From Malacoraja senta (taxonomy: Eukaryota), in NCBI GenBank assembly GCA_038087875.1, contig CM075988.1:21392001-21456000 (forward strand): DNA of 64,000 nucleotides, read 5' to 3'. A program made the position numbers and the translations under genes. The notes beneath the pieces are model-generated. The model saw nothing but the letters and a program-made list of their open reading frames with translations. It was not told the DNA's origin and did not search any database. Numbering within the stretch: the stretch's first letter is position 1; each line of letters starts with the position of its first letter. Of the stretch, positions 13,205 through 25,259 are shown piece by piece.

Positions 13205-13605
13205 GTACAGACGTTGTACACTGCAAGGGCCAGGAAGCGAGCGGGCAAGATCATCTATGACCCCTCTCACCCTGGCCACAAACTCTTTGAATCACTTCCC
13301 TCTGGAAGGCGACTCCGGACTGTCAAAGCTGCCACAGCCAGACATAAAAACAGTTTTTATCCACGAGTAGTTGCTCTACTCAACAGCCAAAAATCTGTAG
13401 CCTCCCTTTGATCTGGTATTTTGTTGGTTCACATGCTTGATCAATGGTGTTTTATCATTAATGTTTTATTATTATTATTAATGTTTAGTGTTTTCTGAGT
13501 CATTCGTAACTGTCACTGTATGTCATGTTGTTACTTGTGGGCGGAGCACCAAGGCAAATTCCTTGTATGTGAATACGTGGCCATAAACGTACTTACTTAC
13601 TTACA
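13205..13605 (+). mobile_element. Rex1/Babar-type LINE 3' end
   Basis: RARKRAGKIIYDPSHPGHKLFESLPSGRRLRTVKAATARHKNSFYPRVVALLN, with an (ACTT)n tail. Confidence 0.75.
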
Positions 13606-13764
13606 TACAGGCTTGTCGATTAATTGCTAGGGTAAAAATTGTAAAATTGTCTCTAGTGTGTAGGATAGTGTTGGTGTATGGGGACCAATGGTCGGTGTGG
13701 ACTCGGTGGGCTGAAGGGCCTGTTTCCGCGCTGTATCTTTAAACTTAACTAAAGTAGACATTGA

Positions 13765-14290
13765 TTTCATCAACTGCAGCCTTAGTTTCCTCCCTGCCCT
13801 CAAATTCACCATCTCTGACACCTCCCTCAACTTCCCGCATCTCTCTGTCTTCATCACAGGAGACAGACTTATATACTGATGCCAACAACAAACCCACTGA
13901 CTCCAACATCAACCTTGTCTGAAAAAAGACACAAAAAGCTGGAGTAACTCAGCGGGACAGATCCAGAAGGGTCTCGACCCGAATCGTCCTTCTCTGCAGA
14001 GATGCTGCCTGTCCCGCTGAGTTACTCCAGCTTTTTGTGTTTATCTTCAGTTTAAACCAGCATCTGCAGTTCCTTCATACACATTTTGTCCACCTTGACC
14101 GCACCTTCTCCGACCATGCCTCTTCCAACGATGTCATTCCTTGCTCTCAATGTCCCAGTTTCTGCCGCGTCTGCTCTCAAGATGATGCTCTCCACACAAG
14201 GGCCATCTCAAAATGTCCTCTTTCCTCAGTAAACGTAGTTTCCTGCCTGCTGTTGTGGATGGAGCCCTCACCCACGTCTCCCTGCAGTTC
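13765..14290 (+). mobile_element. Decayed Penelope-like RT C-terminal fragment containing a Penelope-end fold-back (13925-14083)
   Basis: Degenerate PALKFT..ISDTSL..KPTDS..IPCSQ..RVCSQDDALH, resembling the PLE RT thumb region; inverted GCTGGAGTAACTCAGCGGGACAG pair. Confidence 0.6.
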
Positions 14291-14378
14291 TGCAGAGTTG
14301 CTGCCAGAGACCCGTGTTCGATCCAGTCTACGGGTGCTGTCTCCATGCAGTTTGTACGTTCTCTCTGTACGTTAATTG

Positions 14379-14682
14379 TTTAGTTTAGTTTAGGAATACA
14401 GCGCGGAAACAGGACCTTCGGCCCACCGGGTCCGCACCGAACAGCGATCCCCATACATTAACGCTACCCAACACACACTAGGGACAATTTACCCATACAC
14501 CAAGCCAATCAACCTACAAACCTGTACCTTTTTGGAGTGTGGGGGGAAACGGAAGATCTCGGAGAAAACCCACGCGGTCACGGGGAGAACGTACAAACTC
14601 TGCCCGTAGTCAGGATCGAACTCGGGTCTCTGGCGCTGCAAGCGCTGTAAGGCAGCAACTCTACCGCTGCGCCACCATGCTG
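14379..14682 (-). mobile_element. HE1-like V-SINE
   Basis: Full reverse-complement head, V-domain and (TAAAC)n tail. Confidence 0.8.
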
Positions 14683-15087
14683 CCCTAATTGGCTTGGCAT
14701 AATTGTAAATTGTCCCTAGAGTGTGTCGGATAGTGTTAGTGTGCGGGGGATTGCAGGTCGGCATCGACTCGATGGGCCGAAGGACCCGTTTCTAGGCTGT
14801 ATTGCTAAAAACTGAGGCTGTTTGATTCACGGTCCCGCCATTAGCTACTGGAGTTGGGATAGTCCCCACTCTTCATCCCCTCCCCTCTTTCTCAAAGGAA
14901 ATTTTGTTTGCCTTTGCAACATTGAGAATTATTGGTATTCATTAACAGCAAAGATAAAGTCATAGTTCATTTATGAGTATTTCCTTATACATTAATAAAA
15001 AGTGCTAATTATTTAATGAATCCTGAAATAATGTTTCAGTACTCTCTGGAGCTCAGGCGACCATTATGCTGTTTGAAATATTCTATC

Positions 15088-15519
15088 TTCTTCTTAGGCC
15101 CCCTTCAGTCGTGGCTGACCATGTGTGTCTCCAGGGTGCTATTCCCTATATGGAGGACGCCTGTGCGTGACTTTGTTTAACGTGGGGAAACTGGTGCACA
15201 GACAGCCACCCCATGGTCCTTGACAGATCTGGGTCAGGATCCAGTGGCGTGGAGTCCAAACCGACCGGAGACCCTTTTCTGCTGCAGCCTTCATCCATCC
15301 GCCTTCCCAGCCGTTGTGACGCTCCACTAAGGTCAGCCATCGTCCTCCACCTGTTCCACCGTTGAGGTCTTGGTTGGATTGCTCTTTGTCAGAGACCTCC
15401 CCCTCGACCTTACCGCCATGGGTGGCCCTACCAGGAGCATCGCTCCAGACGGCATCGCTCTCAGGATCTCAGGACCACACAAGCTTCTCCACCACGACAA
15501 GGTGACAATCCACGGAGAC
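15088..15519 (-). mobile_element. Non-autonomous RTE-clade (Expander/BovB-like 5'UTR) retroposon, full length
   Basis: Perfect 9-bp TSD TATTCTATC (15079-15087, 15520-15528). Minus-strand 5' end GGATTGTCACCTTGTCGTGGTGGAG..TAGGGCCACCCATGG resembles RTE 5'UTRs; 3' tail CCTAAGAAGAA. Confidence 0.7.
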
Positions 15520-16269
15520 TATTCTATCACACTTATTCATCTACGCTTTCCCTCCCACACATTCTTTTCACTATTTTCTTTCAAAGTGGGTCATTGACGA
15601 AAACATTAATTGCATCATGAATTGATGAATCCATGTAAATTGTGAAGAGAAGTTCAGCTCCGAATGTATAACCTCACCGACATCATTTTTATGAATGCAT
15701 AGAGTCTTTCTCTCAGGGTAGAGGAACCATGAGGTAGAGGGCATTAGGTCGAAGGTCAGAGGGGAAAATACTGAATAGGAACCAAAGGGGCAATCTTTTC
15801 TCATGGAGGGTGTTGGAGATATGGAATGAGCCGCCAAAGGAAAGTACAATAACAGCATTTAAAAGACATTTGCGCAGGTACAGCGATGGGAAAGGATTGG
15901 CTTTGCTGGGGCGCCTTGGAAAGCATGGATGTGTTGGACCAAAGGGCCTGTTTTTGGTACTGTCTGATTCTATAATAGTTTGCAATTGAGATGACTAACT
16001 GAAAGCATTTTAAGCATTTTAATCAAACACTTCTAACCATATAACCATATAACAATTACAGCACGGAAACAGGCCATCTCGGCCCTTCTAGTCCATGCCG
16101 AACACTTACTCTCACCTAGTGAATTCTCTCAATTCCTTCAGCTCCAGTCGTACAATCATAGCATGAAAAGATCATCAAATTTCATGAAACGCCAAAGGTT
16201 ACGGCAAGAAGGCAGGAGAATGGGGTTGAGGGTAAAATAGATCAGCCATGGTGGAATGGCGGAGTAGAC

Positions 16270-16905
16270 TTTAGACTTTGGTCTTCGGAGACAGAGTGCA
16301 GGAACAGGCTCTTCTTTCCACCGAGTCCGAGACGACCAGTGATCATTCCGTATACTAGCACTGTCCTACACACACTCGGGACAACCTTACCAAAGCCAAT
16401 TAGCCTACAAACCTGTCCGTCTTTGGAGTGTGGGAGGAAATCGGAGCACCCGGAGCAAACCCACTCAGGTCACGAGGAGAACGTACAAACTCCACACAGA
16501 CAGCAACCATGGTCAGCGTCGAACCCGGGCCTCTGTCGCTGTAAGGCAGCAACTCTACCCCTGCGCCGCCGTGCATTTTTTGTTTAGGTTGGTTTGGATT
16601 AGAGATTAAACAAAGAAAAATGCCCTTCAGCCCAACAAGTCCATGCTGACCATCTGCCACCCGTTCACACCAGTTCTATGATATCCCACTTTCGTATGCG
16701 TTTTACAGAGACACTTTTTACAGAGGGCCAATTAACCTACAAACCCAGAGGTACTTGTGACGTGGGAGGAGACCGGAGCACATGGAGGAAACCCACGCGG
16801 TCATGGGGAGAACTTGCGAACACCACACAGACTGCACCCGTCGTCAGGATCGAACCTGGCTCTCTGGCATTGTGAGGCAGAAGCTCCACCAACCGCACCA
16901 TTGTG
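16270..16905 (-). mobile_element. Two tandem HE1-like V-SINEs
   Basis: Two reverse-complement copies, each with V-domain (..GGAGAAC..) and head (..GGCAG(C)AA..). Confidence 0.7.
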
Positions 16906-16943
16906 TTGTCCACTTATAGAAATTAATTGTCATAGAGTTGTAA

Positions 16944-17021
16944 CAGGGGCGGAAATCGCTATCAAAACATGGGGGGGGGGGGGACGTGGCTCACCCACCC
17001 CACCCGGGGTTTCCGCCCATG
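16944..17021. mobile_element. 78-bp hAT-like MITE (minimal relative of 603-1231)
   Basis: TIRs CAGGGGCGGAAA / TTTCCGCCCATG; the TSD is not clean. Confidence 0.55.
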
Positions 17022-17274
17022 CTGTACAGCAAGGAAATAGGCTATTGGGACCAACTTACCCATTCCAACCAAGATGCCCATTTAAACTGATCTCATTAGC
17101 CCATCTATCTCTACACAACTCCTCCCTTTTTTTCATCTCTTACCCCATCCATCTAGCAATCACCACCCCCTCACCTGTATCTACCCATTACCTGTCCGGC
17201 TTCGCGCCCCCCCCCCCCCCCCCCCCTCCTCCTCCATTTTCCAATTGTCTCTCCATCAGTCTCAAGACGTATTT

Positions 17275-17540
17275 GTTTAGTTTAGGGATACAGTGTGGTA
17301 ACAGGCCCTAACGCCTGGCGAGTCCATGCCGACCAGCGATCACTCCTACAATGCACCAATTAACCTACAAACCTGCGGGTCGATGGAGTGTGGGTGGAAA
17401 CCGGAGCAGCTGGAGAAAACCCATGCAGGTTCACGGGGAGAGCGTACAAACTCCGTACAGACAGCACCCGTAGTCAGGATCGAACCTGGATCTCTGGCAC
17501 TGTGAGGCGGCAACTCTCACCCTGCGCCACCGTGCCGCCT
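17275..17540 (-). mobile_element. HE1-like V-SINE
   Basis: Reverse-complement head, V-domain and tail. Confidence 0.75.
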
Positions 17541-18734
17541 AAAACATTGTCTGTCCATTGCCTGCCACAGATGCTGCCTGACCCATCGAGCTCCTCCAGC
17601 ACTTTGCTTTCTGTCTCTCTTACGTCCGGCCATCTTTTCCATCTTCATCATATTCTCTCTCTCCCCCTTTTGTCTCTCCCCCTCGTCCCTCACGTGAGAC
17701 GCTGGTCGTTTTGTTCTGGAAATGTTGCCGTGGTGTTTACCTCATGGGTGCTTGCAGTTGATGCAATATGAAAAATTACTCCAGTAGTGTGTATCTTGAA
17801 TTAATCATGCCGTCTAAGTAAGATTAATTGACAACACTCGTTGCGGTGTAGGTGCAGGAGATACAAAGCTACCCTCAGGGATTTGCAAAAATATAACAAA
17901 AATCTTCCATCCGCTAATGAGCAAAGCTATTTCAAAGTCCCTGACTGGACAAAGTGCAAACGGCTGGGAGATGGAATGGGCCATGAGTCTTGTGTTCTGG
18001 TGAAAGGTCAAGAACCTGATTAATAAGTGTCATGCAGCACGGAAAGAGGCCCTTCTGCCCAACTTGTCCATGCCAACCAACATGCCTACTGTGCTACCAC
18101 TAGTTCAGAGATACAGTGTGGAAGCAGGCCCTTCAGCCCACCGAGTCCATGCTGCCCAGGATGCCCCATCTAAGCTAGTCCCATTTGCCCACGTTTGGTC
18201 CATATCCTTCTAACCCTCTCCCATCTCTGTCTACATGGTTAAATGTTGTTATTGTACCCGCCTCAACTAGGTTTTTAGTTTACTTTGGAGACACAGCGCA
18301 GAAACAGACTCTTCGGAACACCGAGTCCGCACTGACCTGCGATCCCCGCACATTAATAGTACCCGACACACATTTTTTCCCGTTTTTTAATACCAAGCCA
18401 ATTAACCTACAAACCTGCACGTCTTTGGCTTGTGGGAAGAAACCGAGAATCTCGGAGGAAACCCACGCAGGTCACGGAGAGAACATACAAACTCCGTACG
18501 GACAGCACCTGTGGTCAGGATCGAACCTGGGCCCCTGCCACCCTTAGGTTTTAAGTTTATTATTGTCATGTGTGCTGAGGTGCGGTGAAGAGCTTTATTT
18601 TGCTATCCTATTAAATCAGACAATACTATACATAAATCTATCAAGTGCAGCAAAGGCAAAGAATATAGTCTTCGATGGGCCGAAGGGCATGTTTCCACTC
18701 TGTATCTCTAAACTTTAAACTAAACTAAACGGAA

Positions 18735-19137
18735 CTTCTACAAGGATGTTGCCAGGGCACGAGGTTCTGAGCTACAGGGAAAAGTTGAGTAGGCTGGGAT
18801 TCTATCTCTGGGGCACAGGAGGTGATCTTATAGAGGCGTATAAAATCATGAGAGGAATAGATCGGGTAGACGCACAGAGTCACGTCCCCAGAGTAGGGGA
18901 ATCGAGAACCAGAGGACATAGGTTTAAGCAGAAGGGGGAAAGATTTAACAGGAATCTGAGGGGTAACTTTTTCATACAAAGGGTGGTGGGTGTATGGAAC
19001 GAGCTGCCAGAGGAGGCAGTTGAGGCTGGGACTATTGCAACGTTTAAGAAACAATTGGACAGGTACGTGGATAGGACAGGTTTAGAGGGATATGGGCCAA
19101 TTGCAGGCAGGTGGGACTAGTGTATATGGGACATTTT
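18735..19137 (+). mobile_element. CR1/HER1-like LINE 3' fragment (tail resumes about 19451-19520)
   Basis: GDLIEAYKIMRGIDRVD..QRVVGVWNELPEEAV..GYGPIAGRWD*. Confidence 0.8.
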
Positions 19138-19281
19138 TACTTTAGTTTTGTTTAGACAGCACGGAAACAGGCCCGTCGGCCAACCACGTCCGCGCTGACC
19201 AGCGATCCCGCACACTAACACTATCCTACACACATTAGGGACATGTTGTAATTATACCAAGCCAATTAACCTACAAACCTG

Positions 19282-19425
19282 TTTAAGAAGGAACTGCAGA
19301 TGCTGGAAAATCGAAGGTAGACAAAAGTGCTGGAGAAACTCAGCGGGTGCAGCAGCATCTATGGAGCGAAGGAAATAGGCAACGTTTCGGGCCGAAACCC
19401 GCTGAGTTTCCCCAGCACTTTTGTC
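19282..19425. mobile_element. Penelope-end fold-back inserted in an HE1-like SINE
   Basis: Flanked by the duplicated AACCTACAAACCTG (19268-19281, 19426-19439); same sequence as the ends of the GIY-YIG fragments. Confidence 0.7.
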
Positions 19426-20149
19426 AACCTACAAACCTGCACATCTTTGGACATGTTGGCCGGTGTGGGCAAGTTGGGCCGAAGGGCCTGTTCATACGCT
19501 GCATGACTCTGTGACTCTAAGCGTGGTCGTAAATCTTCTCTGCACTCATTCCGGATGAAAGCCATTGTTTCTGTCTTCACATGTCTGACTAACGAGCTGT
19601 TTCGAACATTTCCTGATTTCCGATCTCTGGAGTGTTTCTGCTTCTGGACAAGCCTCTCGTGTGTTTTGCCGATTGCTAAGTGAATTGAGTTAGCAGAAAC
19701 TGGCAGGGAAGCACTATTCTGAACCGAAATACTGGGGAATATGGAAATTTATGTACAAGTGGAATGAGAGAAGTGATGAAATATTAAGGAGGAAGCGCGC
19801 GAGGGAGAAAGTAAACAGCTGATTAAACGTGGGAGCAGACTCAGAATGCTGCCGATTATCAGAGAGATGACTAATTTTCGTGAGGCATCAGTCAGATTGT
19901 TTTGCCTTGGAATGAGAAGCAGAAATGTGAAGTCGGCAGGGAGGATGCAGCATGAAAGATCTTGGAAAGCCTGCCGCCATCGACAGTGTGTTGGAGCAAC
20001 TCAGCGGGTCAGGCAGCATCTCCGGAGAAAAGGAACAGGTGACATTTCGGGATGACACCCGTCTTCAGACTGAGCAAAAGACCAGCGTAGTCTGAAGAAG
20101 GATCGCCACCCGAAACTTCATCTATTCCTTTTCTCCAGAGATGCTGCCT

Positions 20150-20563
20150 GAATTTAGAAGATTGAGGGGAGATCTTATAGAGACGTACAAAATTCTTAAG
20201 GGGTTGGACAGGCTAGATGCAGGAAGATTGTTCCCGATGTTGGGGAAGTCCAGAACAAGGGGTCACAGTTTAAGGATAAAGGGGAAATCCTTTGGGACCG
20301 AGATGAGAAAATCATTTTTCACAGAGAGTGGTGAATCTCTGGAACTCTCTGCCACAGAAGGTAGTTGAGGCCAGTTCATTGGCTATATTTAAGAGGGAGT
20401 TAGATGTGGCCCTTGTGGCTAAAGGGATCAGGGGGTATGGAGAGAAGGCAGATACAGGATACTGAGTTGGATGATCAGCCATGATCATATTGAATGGCGG
20501 TTCAGGCTCGAAGGGCCGAATGGCCTACTCCTGCACCTATTTTCTATATTTCTATGTTTCAAT
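20150..20563 (+). mobile_element. CR1 3' fragment (subfamily A) inside a Penelope-end fold-back
   Basis: EFRRLRGDLIETYKILKGLDRLDAGRLFPMLGKSRTRGHSL; close to 6016-6420. Confidence 0.85.
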
Positions 20564-21396
20564 GAACCGTTGAGTTACTCCAGATCTTTGTGTCTATCTT
20601 CAGTGTAAGCCAGCATGTCGACATTTCGTGGTACAGGACCACCACCGATTATCCGGCAACTGGTGGTTAGAGTCATACAGTGTAGAATCAGGCCCACCTT
20701 GCCCATGCTGAACAAGCTGGCATTCTGAGCAAGTCTCATTTGCCTGCATTTAGACCATCCAGGAACACAAGGAATTGTTCCCTTCCATTGACTGCATCTG
20801 CACTTCAAGGTCACCAGCATAATCAAAGACCAGTCTCACCCCCAGTGACTCCTTCTTCTCCCCTCTCGCATCTGAGGTACAGAAGTTTGAAAGCCTCCAG
20901 ATTCAGGGACAGCTTATTTCCAGCTGTTCTCAGGCATCTGAACCATCCTAGCTCCAACTAGAAAATAGTCCTGAGATCCCAGCTAACTCATTGGAGTCTT
21001 CCAGACTATCTGTAATCGGACTTTATTATATTATTTTATACACATAACTAAAACTCTGATCTTGTTATCTTCCGGTTTGGCCGACTTTCTATTTGCGCAA
21101 AAATGGTTCGCGATAGCGTGATGATTTGTCGCCAGTTCACTCACCGTTCTCCTGCGCTGCGATTGCACCAAGTTTCGTTCCGATCGGTTGAATGTCGAAA
21201 AAGTTAGCGAGGTTTAAAAATATTTAAAAACCGCACGTGCGCAGATCGATCTCTTCTCCTGCCAGTCGGCGCCGCGTGGATTACACTCTTCCCCTGTCAC
21301 TCCCCGGGATGGTCCGCCCCTTCCTGCGCCATCGCGTCTTTACTGGAGCTGAGGGTGGCCGGCGGAGGTTCCCAACCGGACTTTTGGAGGGAACTG

Positions 21397-21772
21397 AAGC
21401 AGCCCCGCCCCAAGCAGCAGCCCCGCCCCAAGCAGCAGCCCCGCCCCAAGCAGCAGCCCCGCCCCAAGCAGCAGCCCCGCCCCAAGCAGCAGCCCCGCCC
21501 CAAACAACAGCCCCGCCCCACGCAGCCCCACCCTGCCCCACCCCAAACTGCCCCAAGCCGCAGCCCCGCCCCAAACAGCCCCACCCTGCCCCACCCCAAA
21601 CTGCCCCACCCAGCCCCGACCCAAGCAGCAGCCCCGCCCCAAACAACAGCCCCGCCCCAAGCAGCCCCACCCTGCCCCACCCCAAATTGCCACACCGGCC
21701 CCGCCCAAACTGCCCCGCCCTTTCCCACCCTGCCCCGCCCCAAACAACAACCCCGCCCCAAGCAGCAGCCCC
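21397..21772 (+). repeat. 18-bp GC-rich minisatellite (AAGCAGCAGCCCCGCCCC)n, degenerating towards the 3' end
   Basis: About 5 perfect units, then variant units with a higher-order repeat. Confidence 0.9.
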
Positions 21773-21990
21773 GAGTCGGAGACCCAACCCAGCCCAGAGT
21801 CGGAGATGTTATCGATGTCGCCAAACGGAAAGCGGAGACTCTGATCCCGACGGAGGAGAACGACCAGCAACCAGCGCCCATGTGAGTCCCCATCGCACCA
21901 CCAATTCCAGCCACTACTACCCCTCTGGTCCCCCTTGCTGGCTGCTACCCCACTCCCTCGCGATGCCCCCCACTCCCCCATAGCTCTTCC

Positions 21991-23011
21991 TAGCAATGCT
22001 ACAACATTTTGAGATTTTAAAAATCAAGTCTTCAATTTATCCCATCAGATAAAGCATAAAAAGACGTTTAATTTGACACCTAATTCACTTTCATATCTTC
22101 AGTATTAAAAAAGTTATGGCCATTTTCATACTCTGAAATTAGCATCTTGTTCCCTATTGCTTTTCCATTGACTTAACTCAAAAGCTGTGATCGAGGACAG
22201 TCAAAAGCCCATAACTTTCTTAAAAATTAAGAGAACTGAATGAAATTTTCAGTTATTATAGAACAATCTTACTTGGATGACCTGAAATTAAAGCATATAA
22301 TTAATTAGTTACCTAAATGTAGCTAATTACAAAATTCAATTACTAGATCTAAACATCTAACCATTTCTTAAGAAAAGCTTAACATTTGTAAATAGCCTAA
22401 GTGTCCAAATAACATTCACACAAGAATTCACAATATAACATGATTTTTAAATCTCATTGTCATGAATTTATAGACCAAATGGAAGGAATTTAGTGTTTAA
22501 TTCCCATAAATTAATGGCCATTTTAATCATCTTGCGAGTGGGTTTTTGTGGAATGCGATCGATTGGAATGTTGCGGTTTGCGGTGAATTTAAACCCCATA
22601 TCGGCAGGAAAAACACTGCCGGTTCATATGGGGTCCAAATCACATTTGCGCAACGTGAAATTTTGATTAAAGTCATCCTAAGAAGCAAGTTTATATGTAA
22701 AATAAACGACTTACCTTATGTTTGTCCCGTACGTGAGATCCGTTCCGTTGCCTGCGTTGACGGCGTTAGAAGTCGCTTTTTATTTTACTTCAGTGTTGAA
22801 ATTGTCCCGCGGTTTAAAACAAAATTCAGAGAACGGCAGTCGGAACGAATTTTCAGCATCAGGTAGAAGCCCGAGAAAATATATCTCGGACAGGCAGGAG
22901 AAAACGGCATTGTAATCCCGCCCCCCCACCCCCCCCAAAGGCACCAAAGTCGCGCACACGGCCAGTGACAGAACTGCAACACCGCTGAAGGTAAGTTTTG
23001 TAACATACCTA
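21991..23011. mobile_element. About 1-kb non-coding TIR transposon (TAG...CTA ends) nested in the Helitron
   Basis: Imperfect TIRs TAGCAATGCTACAACA / TTTTGTAACATACCTA; flanks CTCTTCC and CTCTTACC; absent from Helitron copy 2. Confidence 0.55.
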
Positions 23012-23034
23012 CTCTTACCCCTTCTTTTCGCCGA

Positions 23035-23560
23035 GCTCACTCCCCTCCCCCACAACCCCCCCCCACAGCCCTCCCCTCCCCACACCCCCCCACAACCTCC
23101 CCGCAACACCCCCCCCCGCCCCTACAACCCCCCCACCAGCCCCCACAACCCCCCTGGCTCCCACAACCCCCCAACCCCCACAACCCCCCCCGCTGAACCC
23201 CCCACCCCTCCTCCACTCACACACCCCTCCCCTCCACAACCCCTTTGCCCGCACACCCCCCCACCCACACATACCCCCGCCTACACATACCCCCCTTCCA
23301 TCTACACACACCCTCACCCACACCCCCCACACGCCTCCTGCCCACATACACACCTCCCCCCACTCCGCACCCCCTGCCACACCCCCTTCCCCCACACCCC
23401 CTTCCCTATACCCCCTCCTCCCCCCCACACCACCCTCTTCCCCCCCTCCTACACCTCCCTGTCCGCACACACACCTCCTCCCCTCCCACCCCACACCCCC
23501 CCCCCCCGCCACCGTCACACACCCCACTTTCCTCCCCTCCGACCCTCCGACCCTCCCACA
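23035..23560. repeat. C/A-rich low-complexity tract (G-rich on the minus strand)
   Basis: Dense C4-C13 runs separated by A/T. Confidence 0.9.
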
Positions 23561-24055
23561 CATGAAGAGGCGGGAGAGGGTGTGCTCGAGGATGAGGGGA
23601 AATGAGCCGCGCCTGCGCAGTTAGTGGCTATGGGTGAGTGGTGGAATATTGCATTGATTGGACTGGTTGTGTTGGGTGAATGGGTGAGTGGTGGAATATT
23701 GCATTTTGGAATGGGTTGCGTCGGGGGACCAGGCCTCCCGTGAGACTGGGACCCAACGGGTCCCACTTAGTCTAGTCTTGCGCTAAATGTTATTCCCCTT
23801 ATCCTGTATCTATTCACTGTGAATGACTGTAATCATGTATTGTCTTTCCACTGTCTGGATAGCACACAACAACAAAGCATTTGACTGTACCTTGATACAC
23901 GTGACAATAATAAAGCAAACTAAACTGAACTAAAGTCAAATTGACTTAATGTAGAAATGTAGAACTGCAGATGTTGATTTGTCAGTCTGAAGAAGGGTCC
24001 TGACTCAAAACATCACCTACTCTTTTTCTCCAGAGATGCTGCCTGACCCAGTATT

Positions 24056-24364
24056 TTTCTTAGGCCCCCTTCGGTCATGGCTGACCAGGGGTGTCTCCAG
24101 GGTGCTATTCCCTATATGGAGGACGCCTGTGCATGACTTTGTTTAATGTGGGGAGACTGGTGCACAGACAGACACCCCACGGTCCTTGACAGATCCGGGT
24201 CAGAATCCAGTGGCGTGGAGTCCAAGACGACCGGAGACCCTCTTCTGCTGCAGCCTTCATCCGCCTTCCCAGCCGTTGTGACGCTCCACTAAGGTCAGCC
24301 ATCGTCCCCCGCCTGTTCCACGTTGAGGTCTTGGTTGGATTGCTCTTTGTCAGAGACCTCCCCC
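24056..24364 (-). mobile_element. 5'-truncated second copy of the RTE-derived element at 15088
   Basis: Aligns closely with 15090-15403. Confidence 0.8.
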
Positions 24365-25205
24365 TTCTCTGGATGCTTCCAAGAGAGAGCTAGATAGGGC
24401 TCTTAAAGATAGCGGAGTTAGGGGATATGGGTAGAAGGCAGGAACGGGGTACTGATTTGGGATGATCAGCCATGATCACACTGCATGACGGTGCTGGCTC
24501 GAAGGGCCGAATGTCCTACTCCTGCACCTATTGTCTATTGCCTAAACTGAAGAAAGACACAAAAAGCTGGAGTAACTCAGCGGGACAGGCAGTATCTCTC
24601 TCACCCCTCAGGCATCCCCTCATTAAACTCTCTGAAGCACTGGAAGGTATTAAAATACTTCCAAGCAGTAAGGAACACACCAAAAGCATCGACAAGAAGC
24701 CCAACAGTGAACGGTTAACAACTGTGGGTACTAGACAAAAATGCTGGAGAAACTCAGCGGGTGAGGCGGCATCTAGATGCTGCCTCACCCGCTGAGCTTC
24801 TCCAGCGTTTTTGTCTACCTTTGATTTTTCCAGCATCTGCAGTTCTTTCGTAAACATAACGGTTGACAACTGTGGGTGTTCCACCCTGAGGCACATTGCT
24901 TTCACAAGCATCGTCATTGGTATTTTACTCGTTTATATTTAGTCTGAGGCACAGATGACATTAATTTGTGTGGCTGCAAGAATGCGTATCATGCTCGTGT
25001 GCACCGAGTCACGGGGTTGTACAGCACGGGAACGTGGCCTCTTTTTGTTTTTTAATCAAAAAATAATGTATTTAATTACGACCACGATACATGAACAAAA
25101 CCGTGGTGACGCACCCGACACCATAGTACGAAATCACCAACTTATCCAGGCACTACATTTTCAGGCAACTGTGTTACAATCCTTACTAAGTCACTACTAT
25201 ACAAC

Positions 25206-25259
25206 GGGGTGGGAGATTGCAACCTTCACGTGGTCCGCCCTGCTTCGACAAATGCAATC
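25206..25259 (+). ncRNA. Minimal HDV/CPEB3-like self-cleaving ribozyme (predicted)
   Basis: P1 GGGGUGG/CCGCCCU (G1-U wobble), P2 GAUUGCA/UGCAAUC, P3 ACC/GGU, L3 UUCACGU, J1/4 G, P4 reduced to a UUCG loop, J4/2 CAAA with the catalytic-position C at 25249. Confidence 0.8.

Larger units (their letters stand above)
21034..23775 (+). mobile_element. Non-autonomous Helitron, copy 1 (expanded by a minisatellite and a nested transposon)
   Basis: 3' CTAG|T with hairpin GGGACCC-AAC-GGGTCCC (23748-23764). The 5' ~350 bp and 3' ~200 bp are homologous to 38026-39123. It interrupts a Rex-type tail with no TSD; the 5' terminus is degenerate. Confidence 0.8.

Noticed and set aside
17841..18023. Short ORF in unique sequence as a host exon
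   Set aside because: No recognisable protein motif and no convincing splice-site pair.
21237..21996. Pro/Gln/Gly-rich ORFs of 168-248 aa in several frames
   Set aside because: Artefact of the stop-free 18-bp minisatellite inside a Helitron.
23015..23565. Gly-rich and Pro/His-rich ORFs
   Set aside because: Low-complexity C-rich tract.
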